Source: Glaucostegus cemiculus
Taxonomy: Eukaryota
Assembly: GCA_976551045.1 (NCBI GenBank)
Contig: CDPCPM010000180.1
Span: 15,686,001 to 15,750,000 of the forward strand
Direction: 5' to 3'
Length of the DNA stretch: 64,000 bases
In this document: positions 12,511 to 23,870 of the stretch, piece by piece
Position numbering within the stretch: position 1 is the stretch's first letter
How the letters are laid out: each line of letters begins with the position of its first letter
Made by a program: the position numbers and the translations under genes
The notes under the pieces: generated by a model
What the model was told of the DNA's origin: nothing
The model's input: only the letters and a program-made list of their open reading frames with translations
Database searches by the model: none

Positions 12511-15007
12511 ATGGGGTATTAGTTTAGTTAATTGTCATATGCACCAGGGTGCAATGAAATCCCTTGCTCATGTATAGCTCACAGAGTAAGCAGTACACGT
12601 AGCAATAATAAATACAATACCTTTTATCATGTTAACAAAACATAATAACAGGAGAGCATGAACAGCAGATCAGGAGTGGACTACAGAATCGCTTCCACCA
12701 ATGTTGCCTTTCAATCCTGCAGCTCAAATCCACTTTCCTGAGATTTATTTTTTATTGTGAAGGAAACCACAATGCCGGGCAATCCAGAACACAGGCACGG
12801 TCTTCAAATCAGAGCTAGGCCTTCCAGCACCAAAATCAAAAAGAAATTTGGAGGACAGGAATGTGGAATTCTTCACCTAATAAGCTGAGTCTTCAGTGGA
12901 ATGAATTTCTGCAGCAAAGTACAGCCCACTATTGTATTCATCATTTACCATATTCTAACTGGAGATCGATTTATAGGCACCAATCTGTTGCACAGCAACA
13001 CCCAATGGTAAAAGCTGGCAACTACATCTAGACTTAACCAGCTATTTTTTTTGCTTATTATTACATAAAAAAATGAGAATTCTACAGTGCTCATATACAG
13101 TATAGTGAGCCTCCATTCCCAGACAGATTGAGAATGACTGGGTAATTCCAATACCACTCGTGCCTGTAGACCGCACTGCTGTAAGTTATCCTGATTGAAT
13201 GTATGAATATAATCTGTGAGACTAGTTTTAAATAGACTGCGATAAATCACTATTTAAATGGATTTGGTTTGTTGAGTGAACAAACATTATTTGTATAACA
13301 TTGGCAATTGAGGTAAGTCCTACCTTAAATGCTGCCCCACTTTCAACTTATTGGCGTTAACAGGTATCTGTACTTTTGTTGTTCCAGCAGCTAATTATAC
13401 AAGCTTTAACATTAAAAACCTTTACTATAGATCCTGATTCAGGCATAACAGGTAAAGCAGGAAATTGCTGATACTCCAAAATAAGTCCCCCACTGACAGC
13501 ACCTAACGTTAGAGTTTTCAGTGTAATTTGATCAGGGTTATAGCAGACCCTTTAGCAATATACATTTTACTTTATACAGACACATACACACACAAACAAA
13601 ATATCTACTGGAATTCTCTCTGGAACTCAGCTGAGACTGTTGAGTATTATCTGTACTAGCAATTAGTAATTTTAAGTAAGGTTTGGAAAAACTGTTTTAT
13701 TGTCTTTCAGCTTTATTTCCTAAACCTCATAACTATCAGTTATTCTAGCTGCAAAGCACAAATGACCAGCACAAATAATCAATCTTCAACTCTGTAAGTA
13801 AATTACTTCTCCTCAATATTCCCTGCCATTTCTCAGCCCATCTCCTACCTTGAAGTCAATGACACCTTTCTGGGGAATGCCAGTGACATTGAGATCTGGC
13901 ATTCATCTCACACCTTGCTCCTTGAATTCTGCACCAGGTCAGAATTGGTTCAATACAGTAATTTTGATACTTATCCCTTCTACTTAAATCTTTTCATCAT
14001 TCATATAATGAACACTACAATGCAAAAAAACCCTGGAAATTTGATTGCAGGCTTCTGACAAATTTTTTGACTTGCCAAACTTACTGCTCAGACTTCTTGG
14101 TGCTCTCTATATTGAGAGTGAGTTACTTTGAAGGTTGAGATTCCCAGTTAAAAGAATCATCTCTTATAATTCACTAATGCTATAATGTTTAATTTTGTAC
14201 ATGAGTAAATCTAGTCTAAACCTTTACATTTTTATCTTTACTGATGAGACTGGAATGAAATGCCCATCCATAGTTGGCCAGATTGCAGCTGGTACAACTG
14301 ACTGGTTTGCTTGGCTAATTTAGTGGGCCATTAAGGCTCAACTATGCTGATGTAGAATCAAAATAATACATGAGAAAAATGATCAGGAGAAGTCTATTTT
14401 TCTCTATGAGCCTGATCCACCATTTATCAAGGTGATGACTGATTTCTATCTCAGTGCCAGTTACCAGCATTATTTCATGTCCCTTGATTTATATAATAGC
14501 CAGAAATCCATCAAACTCTGTTTTGAATGACTTCAGTGTCTGAGATGACTAAGCCCTCCAGAATCCACTGGGTTAAAGTACATTAAGAACTCTCTCTTTA
14601 TTTTAATCCTAAATGGCCTACCCTTTAGTCTGAGACTGTGACTGCAGTTGTAGAGTTCTTATCCATGGGAAACATTCTCCCTGCATCCAGCTCTTCAAGT
14701 CCCGTAAGAATTTTGTAAATTCAGTGAGATCTCCTCTTATTCTAGTCTATCTGGTCAAGTAGTTGTTCCTTACTCAAACTTTTCTTTTATAACAAAAATG
14801 CTGGCCCAGGAACCAACCTGACCAAACCCTGCTGTACTTCATCTCTGACAAGTCCGTCCTCTTTAGTAGGAGGCACATAATATTCCAGGTACATCTCACC
14901 TATATAATTGCAATGACCAAATAAAGGCATTTTCTCCCCCCAAAAGACAATGTGAAATGGTTGGATTTTTTCAACAAACCAATAGCTTTGTCAATACCAA
15001 CCTCTTA

Positions 15008-15295
15008 AGAACATAGAACAGTACAGCAGAGGAGCAGGCCCTTCAGCCCAAGATATTGTACTGAACAATTAAACTAGTAAATAAATGCCTAACTAAACTA
15101 ATTCCTTCTCCCTACACAATGTCCATATCTTTCTATTCTCTGCACAATCATGTGCCTATCCAAGAGCCTTTTAAACATCTCTATCATATTTACCACCACT
15201 ACCACCCCTGACAGCACATTCCAGGCAAACACCACTCTCTGTGTAAAAAACGTGGCCCACACATTTCCTTTGAACTCTCACCTTAAATACATGTT
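15008..15295 (-). mobile_element. CR1 LINE 3' tail fragment
   Basis: agaacatagaacagtacagc...caggcccttcagccca...cattccaggcaaacaccactctctgtgtaaaaaa is the reverse complement of the FFTQRVV..WN.L region plus the CR1 tail. Confidence 0.8.
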
Positions 15296-15649
15296 CTTCA
15301 TCTCAATTTAAAAAAATATTAATCCAAATGGTCAAAATGGGATTTGAATCCACTTTTTCTGGGCTATTATTCCAGACATTTAGTTTCCTAGTCAATTAAC
15401 ATAAACTCCAGGTTAGCATATCCCTGGACTGTGACTACAGAATGACTGTGAATATGGCAGTTCTCATTATATAAGCTGCCTTATGACCAAAATAACTTAA
15501 TTGTGAAGTGCATCAGTGCATTGTATGTAACCAAAATAAATCATTCTTTAGTGAGTGTATAGCTGATTGACGCTACATCCTCCACTAAATGGTATCTGAA
15601 AATTTGACTTTCTTCTGATAATAGAATGATGTATGTTATGTAACAAATA

Positions 15650-16010
15650 AGGGGAGATTGACCCAGTTTCAGTTGTTGCGAATACAATGGAAGTTCACAG
15701 ATGCCGCCATTGTTACTGGTTTTATTTAAAAACAAAACAGATATTTGAGGCAAGGAAAAGTTGTCATGAGTTGCAATTTGCCAAAAATTGCTCCTGATTT
15801 ATACCTTCCACTGTTACTGTGACAAAAAAGCAAAAAGAAATTGAAAGTTCATCAGCAGTTTCCCGATTGAGTTTTATTGCATATAAACACATTGCTGATT
15901 CACATTGTAAATGCAAATTAATCTTACCCCAGTCATTTAGGGCTGGCTATTTATGTCACAGTGACCTTGTCAAAGACATGATTTATGGTCTTCACATGGC
16001 ACTAAAACAC
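15650..16010. promoter_or_regulatory. Candidate developmental enhancer/CNE
   Basis: Non-repetitive block with PBX-HOX-type TGATTTATGG (15979-15988) and TGATTTAT (15795-15802), octamer ATGCAAAT (15911-15918) and forkhead ATAAACA (15883-15889). Conservation was not tested. Confidence 0.45.
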
Positions 16011-16222
16011 AGAGGTCCAGAAACAGAGCATTCCAGCAGGGGAAATCTCAACAGAAGATCTGTAAAGATGTTGATATCTAAATCTGTATCAAGAACATTT
16101 TTTGTCATATTTATTGCCCATCAACCCTCCTGCAAGACATTCCTGCTTCTGTGGTTGAGCAATGAGTGATAAAGGAGCACAAACCGCAGCTCATTCCCAG
16201 CAAGACTGCAGGATAGGATGCC

Positions 16223-16965
16223 CTCCAAGGCAAAGTACAAAGTTAATGGCAGGATTCTGGGCAATGTAGAGGAACAGAGGGATTTGGGGGTTCATATCCA
16301 CAGATCTCTGCAAGTTGCCTCACAGGTGGATAGGGTAGTTAAGAAAGCTTATGGGATGTTAGCTTTCCTAAGTCGAGGAATCGAGTTTAAGAGCTATGAA
16401 GTGATGATGCAGCTTTACAAAACTCTGGTTAGACCACACTTAGAGTACTGTGTCCATTTCTGGTTGTCTCATTATGGGAAGGATGTGGATGCATTGGAGA
16501 GGGTGAGGAGGAGATTTACCAGGATGCTGCCTGGACTAGAGAGTTTGGATTATGAGGAGAGACTAAAGAAGCTAAGGCTGCTCTCATTGGAGAGAAGAAG
16601 GATGAGGGTAGACATGATAGAGTTGTACAAGATATTGAGAGGAATAGATAGAGTGGACAGCCAGCATCTCTTTCCCAGGGCGCCGATGCTCAAAACAAGA
16701 GGGCATGGCCTTAAGGTAATGGGTGGGAAGTTCAGGGGAGATGTCAGAGGGAGGTTTTTCACCCAGAGAGTGATTGGTGCATGGAGTGCGCTGCCTGGGG
16801 TGGTGGTGGAGGCTGATACATTGGACAAGTTCAAGAGATTGTTAGATAAGCATAAGGAGGAATTTAAGATAGAGATATATGTGGGAGGAAGGGGTTAGAT
16901 AGTCTTAGGTGGCATAACATGGTGGGCCGAAGGGCCTGTATTGTGCTGTATTGTTCTATGGTTCT
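16223..16965 (+). mobile_element. Young 5'-truncated CR1 LINE (ORF2 C-terminus plus tail)
   Basis: Uninterrupted 226-aa frame with RDLGV, LYKTLVRPHLEYC, LERV..RFTRM, TRGH and FFTQRVI..W..LP. Tail gggccgaagggcctgt...gttctatggttct. Very similar to 50270-51025. Confidence 0.93.
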
Positions 16966-16984
16966 TTACATTATATCAGGGAGT

Positions 16985-17800
16985 TTGTGCAGAAAGCCTG
17001 CTCTTCAGCAAGGAGGCAATTTGCATCCTTTGTGACGTGTTAAAAGAGGACCAATAGCCATGGTGCACCTCCTTGTGAGGTCCTCTGAGGGCAGAATGAT
17101 GACCTGCCTTCAGCGTGCTTTGGAAGCCATACTCTGTCGAGCATCTGACTTCATCAAGCTTTGACATATCCCTAGTGAAGCAAATGAGAATACGTCACAT
17201 TCCAAAGGATCACTGGCTTCTGCGGAGTTCAGTCTGCTGTAGAGAGAACCTAAATACCACTGAAAGTAGTATGTAGTGAATTGTAACATTTGTTGACAGG
17301 AACCGGTACCTCCTATACATGAATGCATTAATAGTTTGTGAATCAGGATTGTTAATAAAGAACATTGGGGAAGTGCTCACCTTGTCTTTGTTCTTTTATA
17401 CTCCAACATAGAAGACTGATTAACCAGCAAAGGGCAAGGAGGTGGATGGATCACAGCTGATAATGACTGTATGCTGGAGGCATGGTTGAAGAAACCCTGC
17501 AGCAGCACATGCGTGGTGCAAGCACGTGCATCTGTGGGCATGGCTTGGGTGGAGGAGGATGACAGGCATGCTGAAGCCTTGCTTCCATTGACAGGTTGTG
17601 GAAAGTAACTTGGCTGGTCAAAGGGGCAAGGATTCTTTTGCATGCCAGGCATTGCACAACTTTGCTTCGTGGCAAGGTCTCAACAGTGGTGATGGCAATG
17701 GAAGTGCACAATGCGAAAGATCCTATTGATGCTAAGACTAGGATAGCCTCAATGGCAGTTAGGAGGCAACTGGTGGTCAGTCATTTGCACACTGCCAGGT
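16985..17800 (+). pseudogene. Fossil PIF/Harbinger (HARBI1-like) DDE transposase
   Basis: Manual translation with stops and frameshifts gives, in order: LFSKEAICILCDVLKED, LEAILCRASDFIK, MNALIVCE, WGSAHLVFVLLYSNI, GWITADNDCMLEAWLKKP, RMTGMLKPCF, ACQALHNFA. These are colinear with Harbinger motifs PGSxHD, GDxGYP..WLMTP, ERTIGxLKxRF and ACCxLHN. Confidence 0.75.
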
Positions 17801-18646
17801 AAGCTATACATCTTAACCCTTCCTCTATCCCACAGGACAGCTCAAAAAGGGACAGAGGGATAAGATTCCAAGTCATGCAATGGAACTTTTAATAAATGCA
17901 GCTATTGAAATGAGTTAGTCAGTTTAAGATGAAAACAGAGAAAGATGGAAATGCTCTGGTCAGTATGCAACTATGTAGAAACAAGTAGCATCAATGTTTC
18001 AGGTCATAGACCCTCTAACTTCTATCTTTTCCAATGACACCCAGTCTTATTTTACAAGGAGCCCTCTACCTCAAATAAGGAGCTTATAAAACAGTGCTAC
18101 TTATATGAAGGAGCCACAAAAATCTGAGGTCTTTTCATCTCCTTTTGACAAATATCATACACCATTCTTCAATATTAACTTTCTTTGAAAAAGTACATGT
18201 GCAAAATAATTGTAACTACTTTTTACTGCTTTCTAAATAGCTAAATTAAAACAAAATCTTCTGTTAACTTTTGAAGTTAGTTTAAGGTCATTTCAGAAAT
18301 TATAACTCAATCCAAATTCACCTCCCTCTCCATGAGATATGCCTGTCTAACAATTTCTAGTCCGCATCCTTTCTTGAACAGGGTTCCAAACAATCTCCAC
18401 AAACAGTATAACATAAATCATTCTAGTTTCATCCATAATTCTAGCAGCTGTTTTGCAAATACAAAATTATACTAATTTCCCACACTTAGTGAAAAAGAAC
18501 ACAGTGTCCTGACATGGTCTTTGCATGAGATAAAAATAGGAACTAATTTTAATGACAGTATTACCACTGAATGGAACGAGATCTAACACAATCTTACACA
18601 GGAAATAAAGATTTTCAAATTTGCACCACACAGCAATGAACTGTTT

Positions 18647-19440
18647 TCAGAATCAGAATCAGATTTATTATCACAGACTTAGATGATGTGAAATTTGTTG
18701 TTTTGTGGCAGCAGTACAGTGCAAAGACATAAAATTACTGTAAATTACAAAAGTAAATAAATAGTGCAAAAAAAGGAATAATGAGGTAGTGTTCATGGAT
18801 TCATGAACTGTTCAGAAATCTGATGGCAGAGGGGCAACAACTGCTTCTGAATCATTGAGGGTGGGTCTTCAGGCTCCTGTACCTCCTTCCCAATGATAAC
18901 AATGAGAAGAGGGTATGTCCTGGGTGGTGAGGGTCCTTAGTGAAGGATGCTGCCTTCTTGAGGCACTGCCTGTTGAAGATGTCCTTGATGGTAGGAGGGT
19001 TGTGCCTGTGATGGAGGTGGCTGAGTCTACAACCCTCTGCAGCTTCTTGTGATCCTGTACATTGGAACCTTCATACATGGCTGTGATGCAACCAGTCAGA
19101 ATGCTCTCCTCCATACATCTATAGAAATTTATAAGAGTCTTTGGTGACATACCAAATCTCTTCAAACTCTTAACAATGAAGAGCCACTGATGTGCCTTCT
19201 TCATTATTGCATCAATGTGTTGGGCCCAGGATAGGTCCCCCAAGATGTTGATGCCCAGGAACTTGAAGCTGCCCATCCTTTCCACCGGTGACCCTTCAAT
19301 GCAGACTGGTGTGTGTTTTTCTGACTTCCCCTTCTTGAAGTCCACTATCAGTTCCTTGGTCTTGCTGACGTTGAGTGCGAGATTGTTGTTGCAACACCAT
19401 TCAACCAACCAACCTATCTCATTCTTGTATGCTTCCACTG
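18647..19440 (-). mobile_element. Rex1/Babar-type LINE, 3' fragment
   Basis: ORF 18869-19438 has WCxxNNLALNVSKTKELIVDF, FKFLG, FYRCxxESILTGCITxxY; then a 3' UTR with AATAAA and an (ATTCTG)n tail at about 18647-18662. Confidence 0.88.
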
Positions 19441-19766
19441 CAGTTATACACTGGAACTTGCAAGTGCAGTTTCTGTGGTATTTAAAAAAAACTGAATGAA
19501 GTAAAACAAAGGAAATACAATTTTAATCAACTACGTCAGTCTGGTCTGGAATAAAAACAGAAAATACTGGAGGTCAGACAGAATCAGTGGAAAGAGAAAC
19601 ACACTTTGTTTCTCTGACCTGGTGTGAGGTAATACTGTAAAATATGTGAAAATGAAACACTACAGCAAGATAATGCTGGACCCACCCAATGCCTGGAGTC
19701 ACCACGCAAGGTCTTGTCACCCTTGGTCACCTGGGCCAGATACTGAGAACAAACATGAGTTGGATT

Positions 19767-20063
19767 GATAAGATAAGATAAGATCTTTATTAGTCACATG
19801 TACATCGAAACATACAGTGAAATATGTCTTTTGCGTAGTGATTTTTGGGGAGCAGCCCGCAAGTGCCGCCATGCTTCTGGCGCTAACATAGCATGCCCAT
19901 AACTTCCTAACCTGTACATCTTTGGAATGTGGGAGGAAACTGGAGCACCCGGAGGAAACCCACAGAGACACGGGGAGAACGTAAAAACTCCTTACAGACA
20001 GTGGCCGGATTTGAACCTGGGTCGCTGGCGCTGTAAAGCATTATGCTACCATGCCTGCCACCC
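19767..20063 (-). mobile_element. Near full-length tRNA-derived V-SINE, (TCTTA)n tail variant
   Basis: B box GGTTCAAATCC (20007-20017, minus), V-core TCCGGGTGCTCCAGTTTCCTCCCACATTCCAAAGA, tail GTACATGTGACTAATAAAGATC(TTATC)n. Confidence 0.88.
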
Positions 20064-20409
20064 AGGCCCACCCAGGGACTGGGCCTTGGGCAGCATAGTA
20101 CAGAGGTTAACCTCCTGGAACACCCACTTCCCTCCGTTATTCCAACACTCCCACCACTCTGACAGGCAAAGCTGAGAACTGGGTTTGGTCTTCCTCTAGA
20201 GGTGTGAGTATGGAACTGTTTTTAACTTGGCCACTATGAGATACTGAAAAACTAAATAAGTAATTGAAAAAAAGTGTTATTTATAAAAGTTTTTTTTATA
20301 ATTAAATCCACCTAGAAATAATTAGATATGTTAAATTGATACAATATGTGAATACAAGATAAGTTACCTTGACCTTTGCCACTAATCAGCAGGCCCAGAG
20401 TTTTTTTAA

Positions 20410-20590
20410 TTCAAAGTCAAAGTCGAGTTTATTGTCATATGCACAAGGACATAAATGCACAGCTGCACTAAAAAACTTACTTGCAGCAGCATCACAGGTA
20501 CATAGTGTTAGAGACACAGCGTTCATCAATGTCCATTAATTATACAAGTATATACAAGAAAGGACACAATTAGAACAATAAAAAACAAAG
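20410..20590 (-). mobile_element. LINE 3' UTR fragment ((GACTTT)n tail, Rex/Babar-type)
   Basis: aaagtcaaagtcgagtttattgtcatatgcacaag...aaaaacttacttgcagcagcatcacagg is highly similar to 59358-59530, where it is attached to Rex-type coding remnants. Confidence 0.75.
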
Positions 20591-21609
20591 ATAAAGCAAA
20601 CAAAGTTTACAATATTGTTCCAACTGAGATCAATGGATCTCAGATCAATTGCCAAGTCTCACCAGGAGTAAGATCTGAAAGGAATCCGAGGAAGACTGGG
20701 TCCGACCCATATGGAATCTAGCAATACAGCAGAAGGAGAGATGCAATGGATGTTCGCATTAAGGATGTTCGCATTGCTCTGCCTTTTGGCTTATACAACA
20801 ACACATTCCCCATTTCAAATTACTTTCACTAAGGTTCATGTTCCCTCACAAGTGCTCTATCCCGGTCTTCTGGTTTCCTGGTCAGCACTACCACACAATA
20901 CTCTTCTCGGTGTGTGTTTCCTATCTAAAAATACAGAAGTTTACGATAGATTAGGCTCTGTTTCATTCTCAGGAGCATTGCAACACAAAGGAGGATACAC
21001 TGGCCTTTAGAGGGATATAGTGCTGATTCACCAGAATGACATAGGAGCAAAAAGGGTTAAGACACGAAGGAATGTTGCATGGAGCTTGAATTCCTTTCGA
21101 TACAAAAGATTAAGGGTAATGTAATTAAGGCATTTAAAATACTTAAAGAAATCAATAAGGTTGATAACTTTTACAAAAACAATAATTCATTGAGAGAAGA
21201 AGGAAGTAGACAAAAGTTACAGTTTTCTGACATCGCTCCCCAGCCTTGGCCACGGGAAGTGCTTATTGGAAAGTTAGGCACTCTGCACAATTTTCCAAGC
21301 ATTGATATCAATGGTTGGAAACCTGTGTGCAGCATGTATCCAAGTTTCCGTTAAGTGCTCCAAATGGGCAGCATTCCCTGCTGAAAGCATAGATTCTGAA
21401 AATTACCCTTAAGAGCTTAGTCTGTAGGGAGGCCCCCGGATCTGAACATGATCTAGATCTTTATGGTGTTGGAAGACATGAGTAATGTCAATTATTTGGA
21501 GAGTAGAAGACTTTTTTTTTACTTTTTATCAAATATACATGTTTCAGTTCTAGCATGTTCCAATTCTAGCAGCCAGTGACAACAGGTAATGTAAAGTATA
21601 GCCAGCCTT

Positions 21610-21820
21610 GTGCCTGGAATGTGCTGCCAGGGGTGTTGGTGGAAGCAGATGCAATGGTGGCATTCAAGAGGCTTTCAGATAGGTACGTGAATATGCAGGG
21701 AATGGAGAGATATGGATCATGCACAGGCAGAAGGGATTAATTTAATTTGGCATTATGTTCGGTGCAGACATCCTGCGCTGAAAGGGCCTGTTCCAGTGCT
21801 GTACTGTTCTATGTCCCTGA
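21610..21820 (+). mobile_element. CR1 3' end fragment
   Basis: tgcctggaatgtgctgccaggggtg...ttcaagaggctttcagatagg...agggcctgttccagtgctgtactgttctatg. Confidence 0.8.
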
Positions 21821-23099
21821 AATCTGACTCAATAGCAGAAGTTTTAATGCCAATAAGTGGGTATTTGGGTGGAACGGTACCATCTTTACATCTTGAAGTT
21901 GCCTTCTTTCATTTTTGAAGGGTTAGTGAGAAATAACTTTCTCTCTCAGCAGGCAGATCACAGATTTATTCATTTTAATGAGATTGCCTACCTCAGGTTT
22001 CATCTGTCTTCCAGATTTCACTCTGGCTGCCTGGAAATGGGCTTCATAAAACCTGCCAGCCAAAGGAAGGCCAAGACAGCTCTATGTGTTTCCGCTGGCC
22101 CCTCCCAAACTAGCCTGGTGCCCAGCCCTTGGGACTGGACAACGTTTTCCAAGCTCCCTCTCCAAAGCCAATTGGACTATGGTTCCTGTGATCTCTGTGA
22201 CCTCTGTGACAACTAATACCCACCCCTTCATTTTAACTCTTCCCCATGATCTCAACCTTCCCAAGTGATGCACTCACCCTTGCAATTATTGATCCTCTCA
22301 CACCTATGATCACTGACCCCATAATTCTAACATCCTGAGATCACTGCTAATCACAACCAATCACCACCCAGCACAACACCCCCAGCAAACCACTTACCTC
22401 CAAGCTTGACCTTTACAATGTTCCGACCAGTGATCATCCTCAGTCCTTCCAGATCATGCTGTCTCTTCCCATCCCATTGTGATTTCTCACCTGAGTAGCA
22501 ACTCTCCTAGCCACGGCCTCTTCTCCAAATGTTTCCATCTGCCAGAGAACTGAGCTTGTTAATCACACCAGGCTTCTAACCGGGGGACTCTGTTATAAAA
22601 ATATGCAGGTTTTGGCTAAAAACCCATTGTATTTGGCAACCAGGATTCCCCCCAACACTAAGTATTGTTGCCATTTGGTCTTATCCCTGATTCCACTATA
22701 ATTCCACAATAACCTGTCATGTGGCATTTGAACGAGAGTGATAACTTAGCTATGGCCCAGAACATTGAGACCATCCAAACTGATGTGAAACTGGGAGTAG
22801 AGGTGAAAGATTAACTTACTCATGCCCAGATAATGCAAGTAAACAAATATCTTAACTTTGGCTCTGAGAGGATCAAATCCAACTTGGCCTTCTGCAACTT
22901 ATCAGAAGACCTTGGAAGGAGGTGCCAATATTGCTTTCAAGCAACACTTATTCATTAATAACATACTCACCAATTTTTTGCTTAGATTTTGTAATGATCA
23001 AATCCTCCAGAATCATTGCATCCTTGGAAAAAAAAATGAGATGAGAATTACTGCCTTTGAAGCCAGTGTAATGTTAACATAGCTTTTGATTAGCATTAA

Positions 23100-23870
23100 G
23101 AAAACCAAGCTCAATGAGGATCACAGGAAATGGTCCCATGGCTGGAATCATAGACTACATGTAGGAAGTCCTTCCTGGAACTCAATCACCTCAGCCCCTG
23201 GACGTTGTCATGGAAATTGCTCAGTGCAGTGTTGAATCAATTATCATTAGTTATATGAATGTTCTCTCCAATGTGATGAAACTTAACCCTGTGACACTTA
23301 ATGGCATTAGTGTCATTGAATCTCTTAACATCAACCTCCCTGGCACCACCGTTTACTTGATGCACGATGGTCTTATCACATAAATGCAAACCTATTTGGG
23401 TAGGTAAGAGGCTGGATATTCTGTAATAAGTGATTCAACTCTTGACTCTCCAAATCTCCTCCACTGCCTCTCAGCTTAAGTCTAAAAAGCAATCCACTTG
23501 ATCAGCATCAGCATTTCATATATGAGCTTAAGCAACCATTCCTTCCACTGTCAGCATGAAATAACTAGGCATGTCATTTACTGGATGGACTGAGACAAAA
23601 TGCCAAGGTTTCTTTGGCAGATCCTCTTAAAACTATGAGCTCCATCACCAGGAAGTCAACAGGTGTAATGAAAGCAAGTTTCCCTCCAAGTCACTCACAA
23701 CCCTGCCTGGGACACATGGTCTAAATCCTGAAAATCCTAATAGTATGTTGGGAGGATTTCACCAAGAGAACTGCTGTATTTCAAGAGAGAAGTCCAACTC
23801 CATCCTCTAAAGGCATAGAGAGTTGGGCAATTGACATCAGCTTTACTAGAAATTCCAATTTACCAAGAAT
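23100..23870 (+). mobile_element. Highly degenerate CR1/L2-superfamily LINE (same family as 61210-62330)
   Basis: Colinear with 61210-62330: tcaatcacctcagcccctggacgttg..., ggtctaaatcctgaaaatcc..., ttcaagagagaagtccaactccatcctctaaaggc tail. Confidence 0.55.
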
